Origin: Scenedesmus sp. PABB004
Lineage: Eukaryota
Assembly: GCA_014905635.1 (NCBI GenBank)
Contig: JABVCE010000023.1
Coordinates: 248,001 to 312,000 of the forward strand
Direction of reading: 5' to 3'
Length of the DNA stretch: 64,000 bases
The position numbers were made by a program, and so were the translations under genes. How positions within the stretch are numbered: the stretch's first letter is position 1; every line of letters starts with the position of its first letter. This document shows positions 47,591 to 57,700 of the stretch, piece by piece. Under the pieces are notes generated by a model. It was not told where the DNA came from. It was given only the letters and a program-made list of their open reading frames with translations, and did not search any database.

Positions 47591-50500
47591 CTACTGCTGC
47601 TCGTCCTGCTCCGTCTGCTCTGGCCGCCGCTCCTGCTCCTGCTGCCGGTGTGGGCGCTCCTCCTGCTCCTGCTCCCGCTGCTGCCGCTCCTGCTGCTGCT
47701 CGCTGCTGCCTGCCGCGCTGCAGCCAGCCCCGCCCCTGGCCCTGCTGTTGCCACTGCTGCCGCCGCCGCCCTGCGCCTGTTGCGCCTGCGACCGGCCGCG
47801 CGCCTGTGCCGCCGGCGGCCGCCGCGAGAGCGCGAGCTGCGCGAGCGCCGAGCCCTCCAGGAAGCTCGACAGCTTCACCGGCGCCAGCACGCGCACCTCA
47901 CCGTCCGCGTTGTCGGCGCGGCGGAGGTGCACCTCCTGCGCCAGCACCGCGGGCGGGCCGCGCGTGAGCGGGTCGCAGATCCCGCCGCGCCTCCCAGGGC
48001 CCCTCCCCTCCCAGGCCCCGCCGCTCCGCCCGCCCGGCCGCACGCGGCCGCGCCTCGAGCCGGCCGTCGCGGTAGGCGTGACGGTAATGGCAGCTTGAGC
48101 CAAAGGGGCACACGCCGTCGCCGTGCGCAAAGTTGGCGCAGTCCTTGGCCGCCATGGCCGCCTTGTAGCGGCCCACGATGCCCTCCTTCTCGGCCGGGCT
48201 GTCGGGCCACTTGGTGCTGGGCGTGATGAAGTGCGTCGGCACGCGGCAGAGCGGGCACGTGCGCAGCGCCTGCGCGCCGACCGCGGCGCGGCGCGCGCGT
48301 GGGTGGCGGCCGCGGCGCGCGTGCGCGTGGGCGGCGGCCGCGGCGCGCGTGCGCGTGAGCGGCGGCGCGGCGCCCGGCGCCCGGCGGTCGTGGACGCGGC
48401 GCCGGCGCGGCGCGCACCGTCTTGGTGTCGGCGCCGTCGGTCGCGCGCCAGGCGCGAATGCAGCCGATGCAGAAGGGGTGGTCGCAGGCCAGCAGGCCGA
48501 AGCGCCGCGCCGAGAGCGCCGGCTTGGAGAGCACGCGCTCGAGGCAGATCGCGCACTCGATCTCGCCGTCGCGGCGGCGCTTGGCGATGCTCGCGGCGAG
48601 CGCGCCGCACGACGCCGCGTGCGCCGCCGCCGCCGCGGGCTGCGCGGGGTGCAGAAGGTGCTGCCCGCACACCTGGCGCGGCAGCGGCGGCGGGGCGGCG
48701 GAGGCGTGAGGGGGCCGGCTGCGGCTGCGGGGCAGGGGCGTCGGGCGTGTGAGTGTGAGTGTGAGTGTGAGTCAGCGGCGCAGGGGGTTGGGCGAGAGCG
48801 TTTACACGCGGAGGTGGCCGATGAGTCGCAATGCCACGGCGGGCAATACACGAATCCGTCCCCGCCGCCCGCCCGTCACCCACGCGCCGGCATCGCCCCC
48901 CCAGGCACGGCTCAGCTGCCTCAGTGCTGCGGGCGGGTCTTGCAGAGCGCTGGACGGGCATGGGCAGTGCAGTGCAGTCGGGCCGCTGCGGCAGGGGCGA
49001 GCAGGCCGCCGCCAACCGGTCGCCAAGCCCGGCCCCCCAAGCGACCCCACGCCCTTGCGTGACCGACAGCGCGCCGTGCTCACGCTGCAATCGGCAGTGC
49101 ACCCTGGGGCTCCCGGGCGGCTGCTGTCGCCGCGCCCGCCCCAAAAATGAGCCCCCCCCCCCTCCCTCCTTCCCCCTCCCTCCCTGCAGCAACAGGCGCC
49201 CATGGCAGGCCGGCGCTCGGGAGCAGCCCCGGCGGGCGGCGGCGGCGGCGACGGCGAGGGGCCTGGGAGCCCCCGTGCGCGCGTGCGCGCCGCCGCCCGC
49301 CTCCGCCGAGGGAGGGCGCAGGCGCAGCCCAGCGCACAGCGGCGCGCCGCCACGTTGGCGCGGCTATGGTACAGCCGCGCGCCCCGCCCCCGTCCGCCCT
49401 CCAGCCCGGACGCCCCCGCCCCCGGGCGTGCAGCGGCGCCGGCTGCGCCGCTGGCTCAGCTGCCGAGGCTGGCCGCTGCCAGCCGGTCCGCGATCTCGTC
49501 CGCGCCGCCGCCGCCGCCGCCCGCGCTGCCCGGCTCCGCGGCGCCGTTGGCGCCGGCCATGGCCTCCCTGCAGGCTGCCGTGTGCGTGGCTGTCCAGTCG
49601 GGGTTGTAGGGGTGGCAGCAGAAGTAGCCGCAGATCTGCAGCGGCAGCGGCAGCAGCGGCGGCGGCGGGCCCCGGCTGCTCAGGTGGCGTGTGCGGCCGC
49701 GCCGGCGCGCCCGCCGCGCTTTGCAGGCTGCCGGGGGGCCCGCCGCCGCGCTGCCGGGCGGAGCGGGGACTCGCTGCCGGCGCGGCGCTGCTGCCCAGCC
49801 CCCCTGCCCCTGCGCGGTGGCGCCCGAGCCCGAACAAGCCCCAACACGCGCAGCCCCGACCGAGGACGCCCAGTCGCAGCCCCGATCGCCCCGCCGCCGC
49901 CCGCCCGCCCGCCCGCCCGCCCGCCCGCCCGCCCGCCTGGCCCGACCGCCCGGCCCGCCCCCCGCCGGGCGCGTGCCGGCGCTTGCCGGCCGCCGCACCT
50001 CGCAGGCGTCGCCGTGGACGTAGAGGCAGTCGTCGCCGGCGCTGCAGGCGCCCGTCTCGGCGTACTCGCTGCAGAGCGGGATGTCGGCGGGGTCCATCAC
50101 CTCGCCCTCGTCGTCGCCGCCGCCGCCGCCGCCGGCGCCGGCGTCGCGCGCCGGCGGCCCCGCCTCGGCCGCGTCCTGCTCCGCCTGCCAGGCGTCAAAC
50201 TCGTCCATCTCGTCCGGCGTGAGAAAGTCGTCCCAGTTGGGCGCCGCGCCACCGCCGCCGCCAGAGCCGGAGCCCGCGCCGGGCGCGGGGCCGGCGGCGG
50301 GGCGGTGCACGCCCGGCGGCGGCACGTAGTTGCTGCGCGCGCGCGCGTGCGAGGGCGCGCGGGCGGGTGAGCCGGGCGGGCGGGCCGGGCGACGGCAGCA
50401 GTGCGCGGGGGCGCGGCGGCGGCGCGGCGGGCGGTTCCAGCGCACCTCGGCGGCGCCGGCTGCCCCCGCGAGCTCCACGACGGCTTGCTGTGCGCGTAGC

Positions 50501-50926
50501 GGCAGCGGTCGCCGTAGGCGCAGTTGCCCTGCAGGTAGAACTTGCAGACCTGCGCGGCGCGCGGCCGGCGGCAGCGCGGGCGTCGGCGGCGGCGCGCGGC
50601 GGGACGCGGGCGGCGGCGCGGCGCGCGGCGGCCCCCTCCGCCCGCGCCTGCGTGGGCTCGTCGCTGCGGTTGTGCGAGAAGCGGCAGCGGTCGCCGTAGG
50701 CGCAGGCGCCGTTCATGAAGTACTTGCAGAGCACGCTGCAGCAGCGGCGGTCGCGGCGGCGGCGGCGCGCGTGGGCGGACTGCCGCAGCGCAAACCGACG
50801 GGCTACCAGGCAAGGGTGTCACGCCGGCGCGATCCCCCGGGGCCGGGCAAGCGCGCCCGGGCGCGGGGCGGGCGGCGCGGCGGCCGCGGGGCGTGCATGC
50901 GGCCGGCCGCCGCACTTGGAGGTCAT
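47591..50926 (-). CDS. MKRN: Makorin (MKRN) CCCH zinc-finger/RING E3 ubiquitin ligase, long isoform
   Basis: MTSN|VLCKYFMNGACAYGDRCRFSH, VCKFYLQGNCAYGDRCRYAH, LCSEYAETGACSAGDDCLYVHGDACE|VCGQHLLHP...H..SC, RING CAICLE...FGLLACDHPFCIGCIRAWR...RTCPLCR, final CCCH CANFAHGDGVCPFGSSCHYRH. Stop TAG at 47591. Confidence 0.93.
48802..48806 (-). terminator. TGTAA polyadenylation signal for the short makorin isoform
   Basis: ttaca on + reads TGTAA on -. It lies downstream of the exon-A stop and upstream of the exon-B acceptor (48674-48673). Confidence 0.6.
49456..49635 (-). CDS. MKRN: Alternative terminal exon of makorin (RING-less short isoform)
   Basis: Acceptor ctgcag at 49637/49636, phase 0. Encodes ICGYFCCHPYNPDWTATHTAACREAM...LGS*, paralogous to the start of the RING-bearing exon at 48672. 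Confidence 0.75.
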   Translation of the reverse strand: MCGYFCCHPYNPDWTATHTAACREAMAGANGAAEPGSAGGGGGGADEIADRLAAASLGS

Positions 50927-51389
50927 GGCGCCCCCCGCACGGCCACCCGTCCGGTGGATCGCGGTGTCCTGGTGGCGTGGGCCGCGGCCTGGCGGCCGGG
51001 CTGATCGCTGGGCGGCGCTGGGCGGCCGGACGCGCTGCTGCTTCGCTGCGCGCGTGAACGGGCGGGGACAAGCGTGAGAGCCACGCTGAACGTTGGCGGA
51101 GAGTGTCGGGTGGCCGAAGAGCGCGTGGGCGATGCGGACGACTGCGCGGCGGTCGAGCATCACGAAAACCTGACCCCCGGCGTGCTGTGAGGAGCCCCTG
51201 CGCCCGTCCGGCATCCCCAGTTCCCGCCCCGCCGCGTCCCCGGCCCGACCGGCCGCGCAGCAGCATCGCCGGACCCGCGCCGCGCGCACGCGCCGCCGCC
51301 CAGCGCCGCACGCGCTCGCCCGTTCGCCGCCGCCGGTCGCTGCAGCCGCCCGCCGGCATGACGTCCGCGCCCTATGCCCGCCGGGTCCC

Positions 51390-52916
51390 ATGCTGACGTG
51401 CCCCGCAGCGCTGTGCCGGGCGCTCAACGCCGCCACGATGCCCCCGGGCGGTGGCGCGCTGCAGCTCCTGCGCGCGGGCGCTGCCGCGGCGCCCGCCGCG
51501 CGGCCGCCGCCGCGCCGAGCGCCACCCTGCCGGGCGACGGGAGACGCTGGCTCGCAGCCGGCAGGTGGGGGGCAGCCGCAGGGCCAGGAGCAGGCGCCGC
51601 CGCCGCCGCCGTCGCCGTACGCGCGGCGCCGGCGGCGCAGCAGCACGCTGAGCCTGGCGCCGCAGCGGCCGGCCGGCGTGGTGGCGGCGACCGCGGCGAG
51701 GTCGCCGCCCTGGCGCGGCGCCGGCGATAGCACCGCGGCGGCGGGCTCGCCAGCCGCTCGCAGCACGCCTGGCCGCAGCGGCGCTCCAGGTGTGCCGGAA
51801 CAGCCGCAGGAGCAGGAACAGCAGCAGCAGCAGGAACAGCCGCAGCAGCAGCAGCCAAAGCAGCAGCAGCAGCAGCAGTCACAGCAGCAGCGGCCGCCGC
51901 CGCGGGGGGTGCATGTTGCGAGGCCGCCGGTGGCGCCGCCCCGGCGGCCGGGCACGGCCTGGAGCCCGCCAGCGGCACTGCAGCGGCTGCAGGAGCTGTG
52001 CAGGCAGCCGCAGGCGTGGGAGCAGCAGCAGCGGCAGCAGCATGAACAACAGTACCAGCAGCAGCACCACCCCCTCCATGGCATGCCGCTGGAGCCGGCG
52101 TGGCGGCAGCACGGCACGCCCTGGGCGCCGCCGCGGCAGTGGGACGGCAGCGCCGGCGCCGCCGGCGCCGACGGCGCCGCCCGCGCGGCGCAGCAGTGGC
52201 TGGCCCAGCTGCCGCCGGAGCTGGGGGTGCTGCCGCCGCCCGGCCCTGCGCGCGTGGACGCCACGGCGCTGCTGGGCTGGCCGGACATGCAGCCCGAGCT
52301 GCTCACACGCCTGCTCGGCGGGGTGCTGCGCGAGGCCACGCAGCGCCTGCTGTGGGTGAGCGTGCACCAGCCGGCCGGGCCGCGCGGCACGGCAGTCGTC
52401 TGGCTCGGCCAGCCCGCGCCGCTGCTGGCGCGCGCGGAGCTGCGCCCCGGCGGCGGCGGCGCGGTGCTGCTGGAGCTGCCGCGCCGACCAGGCCTCGCGC
52501 CCGCGACGTGGGTGGAGGGGCTGAGCTTTGAGCCCGGCGCCGGCGCCGCGGCGGGCTGGTTTGACCACCTGCTGCTCGTCGCGGGCGAGTTTTCTGGCGC
52601 GGAGCACGAGGTCATGTTCCCAAACCTGCTCACGCACTGCGGCGACGGCCGCGTGTGCTTCGACGCGCGCAGCGGCGCCGACGTCGCCGCGTTTGTCGCG
52701 CGCGCGGACGCGGACGCGGTGCGGCGCCACGCGCTGCACCTCACGCGCATCGCGTGGGACGCGCGCCACGGCCCCGACTGGGTGCTGCGCCGCCTCGAGC
52801 AGCGCTGGGGCGTGCCCGCGCTGGCCCGCCTGGGCGTCGACATGCGCTACCTGAACGGCGTGCTGCTCGAGGCCGGCGTGGCGCCCGCGCTGCCGCCGCC
52901 GCCGCACGGCGGCTAG
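51390..52916 (+). CDS. Intronless protein of unknown function; organellar transit peptide-like N-terminus, poly-Q linker, globular C-terminal domain
   Basis: 508-aa ORF. The C-terminal about 240 aa is compositionally complex (WPDMQPELLTRLL...WFDHLLLVAGEFSGAEHEVMFPNLLTHCGDGRVCFD...VDMRYLNGVLL), with G/C at third codon positions. Stop TAG. Confidence 0.7.
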   Translation: MLTCPAALCRALNAATMPPGGGALQLLRAGAAAAPAARPPPRRAPPCRATGDAGSQPAGGGQPQGQEQAPPPPPSPYARRRRRSSTLSLAPQRPAGVVAATAARSPPWRGAGDSTAAAGSPAARSTPGRSGAPGVPEQPQEQEQQQQQEQPQQQQPKQQQQQQSQQQRPPPRGVHVARPPVAPPRRPGTAWSPPAALQRLQELCRQPQAWEQQQRQQHEQQYQQQHHPLHGMPLEPAWRQHGTPWAPPRQWDGSAGAAGADGAARAAQQWLAQLPPELGVLPPPGPARVDATALLGWPDMQPELLTRLLGGVLREATQRLLWVSVHQPAGPRGTAVVWLGQPAPLLARAELRPGGGGAVLLELPRRPGLAPATWVEGLSFEPGAGAAAGWFDHLLLVAGEFSGAEHEVMFPNLLTHCGDGRVCFDARSGADVAAFVARADADAVRRHALHLTRIAWDARHGPDWVLRRLEQRWGVPALARLGVDMRYLNGVLLEAGVAPALPPPPHGG

Positions 52917-53021
52917 GCCGCTGCGACGCGGCCGGCCGCGGTTTTGTTGGGCGCACCCGCGCGGCGGGGGTGCACCGGGCGCGCGACGGTTGCAGCGCGA
53001 GCGAGCGAGCGACAGTGAACC

Positions 53022-54167
53022 TCACTTCTTCTTGCCGCCGCCGCCGCCGAGCGCTGCCTTGACCAGCTCAGCGACCTGCTTGGCGTCGGCGCGGCCCGCC
53101 ACGCGCGCGGTCACCGCCTTCATCACCGCGCCCATGGCCTTGGGCCCGCCGCCGCCGGCCGCCGCGACCTCCTCCGCCACGATCGCCGCCAGCTCGTCCG
53201 CGCTGAGCTGCGCGGGCATGTAGCCCAGCAGCACGGCGAGCTCCGCCTCCTCCTGCGGAGCGGCGCGGCGGCGGCGCCTCGTTTGTGGGCAGAGGGCACA
53301 CGCTTGGGTGGGCCAAACAAGTCTCGAGAGCCCGCCGCCGCGGCCCCCGCGCGCGCGAGCCCGCCGCCGCCGCCGCCGCCGCTGCCGCGCCTTGTCCGCG
53401 AGGTCGGGGCGCCCGCCTGCTCGGTACTGCTCGATCGAGTCGCGCCGCTGCTTGACCATCTTGGCCAGCACGCCCAGCACCTCGGGCTCGCTCACCTGCA
53501 GCAGCAGCGGCCGCGGGCTGGGGGCGGCGCCGGCGCCGCGGCCCGCGCGGCGGCGCCCGCCTCGACGCGCACCGGCTTGCCCGCCTCGCGCAGCTCGATC
53601 TCGCGCTGCTTGATGGCCGCCGAGAGGAAGCGGATCGTGTCCAGCCGCGCCGCCTCCTTGGCGCGCATCGCCGCCTGCGTGGCGCGGCGCGGCCCGGCGC
53701 GGCGCGGGCGGGGTCGCGGGCGGGGTCGCGGGCGGGGTCGCGGGCGGGGTCGCGCGCGCCGCGAGGCAAGCCCCGCGGGCACGCGTGCGAGGCGCCCTCC
53801 CCCTTGCTCCCGCCTGCTCGCGCCTTCATGTCGTCCTTAATTCGGCCGAGCAGCTCCGGCGCGGTGCCCCCGTCGGCCGCCGCCGCTGCGACGACGACGT
53901 GGTGGTGGTGCAGCGCGCGCACCGGCGCTGGCCGGCACGCCGCGCCGCGCGGCGGCGCCGGCGAAGCGACGCCCAGCACCGCCACCCGGGCGCGCTGTGT
54001 GTGGGCGGGAGGCGGGCGGGCGCGTGGAGGGAGGGGGCGGCCGCGCTGCAGCGGCGAGTGCTGCAGCGGCGCCGCTGCCGCCCGCCGCCGCCGCGCCCGC
54101 GCTGCCTGGCGCGCACCGCTGCACACGCCATGCGCAGCCTTCGAACGCCGGTGTGGAGCCAGGCCAT
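53022..54167 (-). CDS. GatB/YqeY-domain protein (AIM41-like), organelle-targeted
   Basis: Spliced LLGRIKDDMK|AAMRAKEAARLDTIRFLSAAIKQREIE...VLAKMVKQRRDSIEQYRAGGRPDLADK|EEAELAVLLGYMPAQLS...KAMGAVMK...GRADAK. The start (54167 or 54131) is less certain. Confidence 0.9.
53709..53753 (+). repeat. 12-bp tandem repeat (cggggtcgcggg) x4 in a YqeY intron
   Basis: Direct reading. Confidence 0.8.
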
Positions 54168-54713
54168 TGCGGCGGCGCGGCGAGCAGGCGAGACGGCGCG
54201 CAGACGAGACGGCGCGCAGGCGCGACGGCGGTGGCAGCGGCGCGCGTGTGGAGGCGGGCGGCGCTGGCCGTTGCGCGGAGCGAGCTGTGGGTGCGTGGGA
54301 GGGCAACGCGGCTGCGCATGCACACGGCGGCGGCGCGTGCTCACACCGGCGGCTCGCCGTGGTTGAGCGCCGCTGCGCCGCCGCAGCGCCCGGTGAGCCA
54401 CGGCGTGTCGAGCGCGCCACCGTGCCGCCCACAGTCGTTAGCACGTAGAAGACTCTCATTCGCGATGCCGCGAGCACTGTCGTGACCTGCGACGAACCAG
54501 GCCGCTCACAAAATCGCGCAGCTCGGCTCTTTCGGCGCACTGGCAGTCGCGTCTCGTGGATTACAGCACCACCAACTCTCCGGTGAGGCGCCCGCCGCGC
54601 TGGCGCGCCTGGCAGGGGGGGGGGCAGCATCCTTGGGCGTTCCGGCCCGCGCGCCACGCCACGCCCGCGCTGTGCGGCGCGGCGCCAACCCCTGAACGGC
54701 TCGCCTCTCACAG

Positions 54714-57700
54714 ATGCGAGCTCGGCGCGGGCTGCGGCGGCGCTGGCGGCCGCTGGCGCTGCTGGCGCTGCTGCCGGCGGCCAGCGTCCTGGCGGGCGGC
54801 GCGCGGACCGTGCGCGCCTTTGTGCCCTCCTGCGCGTGGGACGACGAGGTGGTCAGCTGGCCGACGGCGCAGCGTTTCAGCGGCGTCACCGTGGACCTGC
54901 TGGCCAACGACCCGCCCGAGCGCCAGCTCGAGTGGACCGCCGACGGCCCGACCGCCGCCGGCTACAGCCGCCGCTGCGAGCGCGGCACGCTGACGCCCGC
55001 CGGCGCGCGCGGGCTGTACAACTACCTCCCGGACGACCCCACGCTCTCCCTGGCCGGCGGGTTCGACAGGTGCCCCTACCAGCTTGCCAAGCTGGGGTGG
55101 GACCAGCCCGCCTGCGCGAGCGAGGCGGACATTGAACCAGGTGAGGGCACCGCCAGCTCCCAAACGCGCCGCCCTGACGTGCGCCGCGCCGTGCGCCCGC
55201 TGCCCGGCCGCGCTGACGCGCGCCGCGGCGGCGCGCGCCGCGCAGAGCCCGTGCCGCCGGTCGCGGTGGACGATTTGTTTTACATCGGCGCCGCGTCGTC
55301 GGTCGCGATCAACGTCCTGGACAACGACCGCAGCGTTGAAGGCATTCCCTACTGGCCTGAGACCGGCAGCGAGCTCGTCAACTTCACGCAGCCCCGCCAC
55401 GGCACGGTCGCGATGGCCAGCACCTACCTGCCCTGCGGCAGCATGCGCGCCGCCGCACGCGCTGCTGCCGGGCGCGGCCGCCGCGCGGCGACGGCCGCGC
55501 CCGCCGCCGCGGGCGGGGGCGGGGCGTCCGACTGGCGGGTCAAGGGCACGCTGCAGTACACGCGTGACCCGGGGGCGCCGCTGCCCTACGTCGACACCTT
55601 CACCTACACCATGACCGGCAGCTGCTCCGGCCCGCCCGCGCCCTGCGACGGCGGCCGCTGCGCCACCGCGACCGTCACCATCGTCGCGTCGGGTGCGCCG
55701 GCCGGCCCAGGCCCAGCCCACCCCTCGCGCCGGACGAGCGCACTCACTCGTGCGCCGCCTGCCGCGCGCGCCGCGCTCCCGCCGCAGGCGTGCCCGCGGC
55801 CGGCACCGAGACGACCACCTTTGCGCTCCCCGACGGCCAGGGCGGCCGCGTCATTCCCAGCCTCATGCTCCCGGGCACGCCGCTCGACGGCGCGGGCGGC
55901 GCGCTGCGCTTCGTAGCGCTCCAGGGGCGCGCGCGGCACGGCACGCTCACGCGGCTCTCCACCTCGGCCGACGGCGCCGCGCGGTTCCAGTATGCCGCGC
56001 GCGCGGGCGCCGCCGCCGTGAGCGACGTGATACCGTACACCGCGGTCGCGAGCACCGGCGAGCTGCAGCGCGGGACGCTCATCATTGACATTGCAGGCGC
56101 GCCGCAGCGGCGCCCGCGCGGCGCCCGCGCTGCTGCCGGGGCCAGCGGGCGCGCGCCCCCGGCCCGCCGCACCGCGCCGCCGCCCACCCGGCCGCCGCCG
56201 CGCTGCCCCGCCGCGCAGCCGCCCCCGGGACGTCGGGCGCCAACACGCCGCCGGTCGCGCTTGACGTCTGGGATGAGGTGAAGCTGAGCCCTGTGGGCAG
56301 CTCGTTCAATAAACACGTCATCAACGTCCTCTCCAGCTGCCACGACGCCGACGGCGACGAGCTGCGCGTGTCGCAGCTCTCGCAGCCGACGCTGGGCCGC
56401 GTCGCGGTGATCGACGACCCCGCCAGCCCGCTGCGCGGCGCGCTCACCTACGACGCGCCGCCCGGCGGGGGCCGTTTGTGGACAGGTTCACGTACAGGGT
56501 CGCCGATGCATGGGGCGCCGAGTCGCAGCCGGCCACCGTGACGGTCACGGCGAGTGAGTCAGGGGTACCCGCGGGCGGGAGCGGCGGCGGCAGCAGGCGG
56601 TGGCGGCGCCGACGCGCACCGCCCGCCGCGCGCCCTCCCTCCAGGTTCGCTCTGCCGCCAGGGCAGGCCGCCGATCGCGGTCGACGACGCCGTGAGCGTG
56701 CCGGCGGGCGGCAGCGCCTTCGTTGACGTGCTGGCCAACGACGTCGTCAGCCCCTCCGGCGCTCCGCTCGCGGTGACGGTGCACACGCTCCCGCGACACG
56801 GCACGCTCGAGCGGCGCGACGCCGGCGGGTTTGAGTACGTGCCGCTGCCAGGGGTGGGCGGCGTGACCGACAGCTTCACCTACCTCATCACAGACGGCAG
56901 CGCGACCGCGCAGGACGTCGGGGCGCGCGTGAGCATCACCATCGCAGGCGCGCGCGCGGGGCCCCGCCGCTGCCGGCGCCGCGCGCGCGCGCGCGCACGC
57001 CGCGCGCTGACGCCCCGCGCGGCCGCCGCCGCGCCGTGCAGGCGGCGCGCCGCCCAACCGCGCGCCCGTGGTGCCGCCGCGCGAGGTCAACCTCACGCTC
57101 GGGTCGCGCCTGCCCTGGCCGTACAACGAGACGTTCCAGCTCGAGCTCGACCTGCTCGCGGGCGCGGCCGACCCCGACGGCGACGCGCTGGCCGTGACGG
57201 GCGCGGCGCCGGAGTTTTCGTTTGGCGACTTTTGCGCCGCCGAGTGGGCGCCCAAGCGGCTCAAGGCCAAGCCGAGCGACCCCTACGACACCGAGACCTA
57301 CCCGAGCGACCACGTCTTCACGCTGACCTTTAATCGCCTCTGGCTCGGCCTGCGCGGCACGGACCCGCCCGTCTACGACTGCCCGACCAGCATCCCAATA
57401 AAGTTCTGGGTCTGGGATGGCAAGGACACGACGCAGGGCACGCTGCACGTCAAGTTTGCGCTGCGTGAGCGACCCCGCCGCGCGCCCGCCGCGGGCTGAA
57501 CGGCCGCCACACCAAGTGCGCCCGAGCCACGCCCACGCCGCCCCCGCCGCCGCCGCCGCCGCGCGCGCGCGCGCGCGCGCGCAGGGGGCGACCCGCCGCG
57601 GCGGCCCGTGCTGGACGCGGCGGCGGTGCCGTCGTACGAGGTCGCGTACGGCGGCGCGCTGGAGATTACCAACCTCACCGCCTACGGCCACCACCCCGAC

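Noticed and set aside
47591..50926. Reading the makorin locus as two separate genes (CCCH gene plus RING gene)
   Set aside because: The RING part has no start codon or N-terminal fingers of its own, and it begins at a phase-0 acceptor in the middle of the Cys-His motif. Alternative splicing is the simpler explanation.
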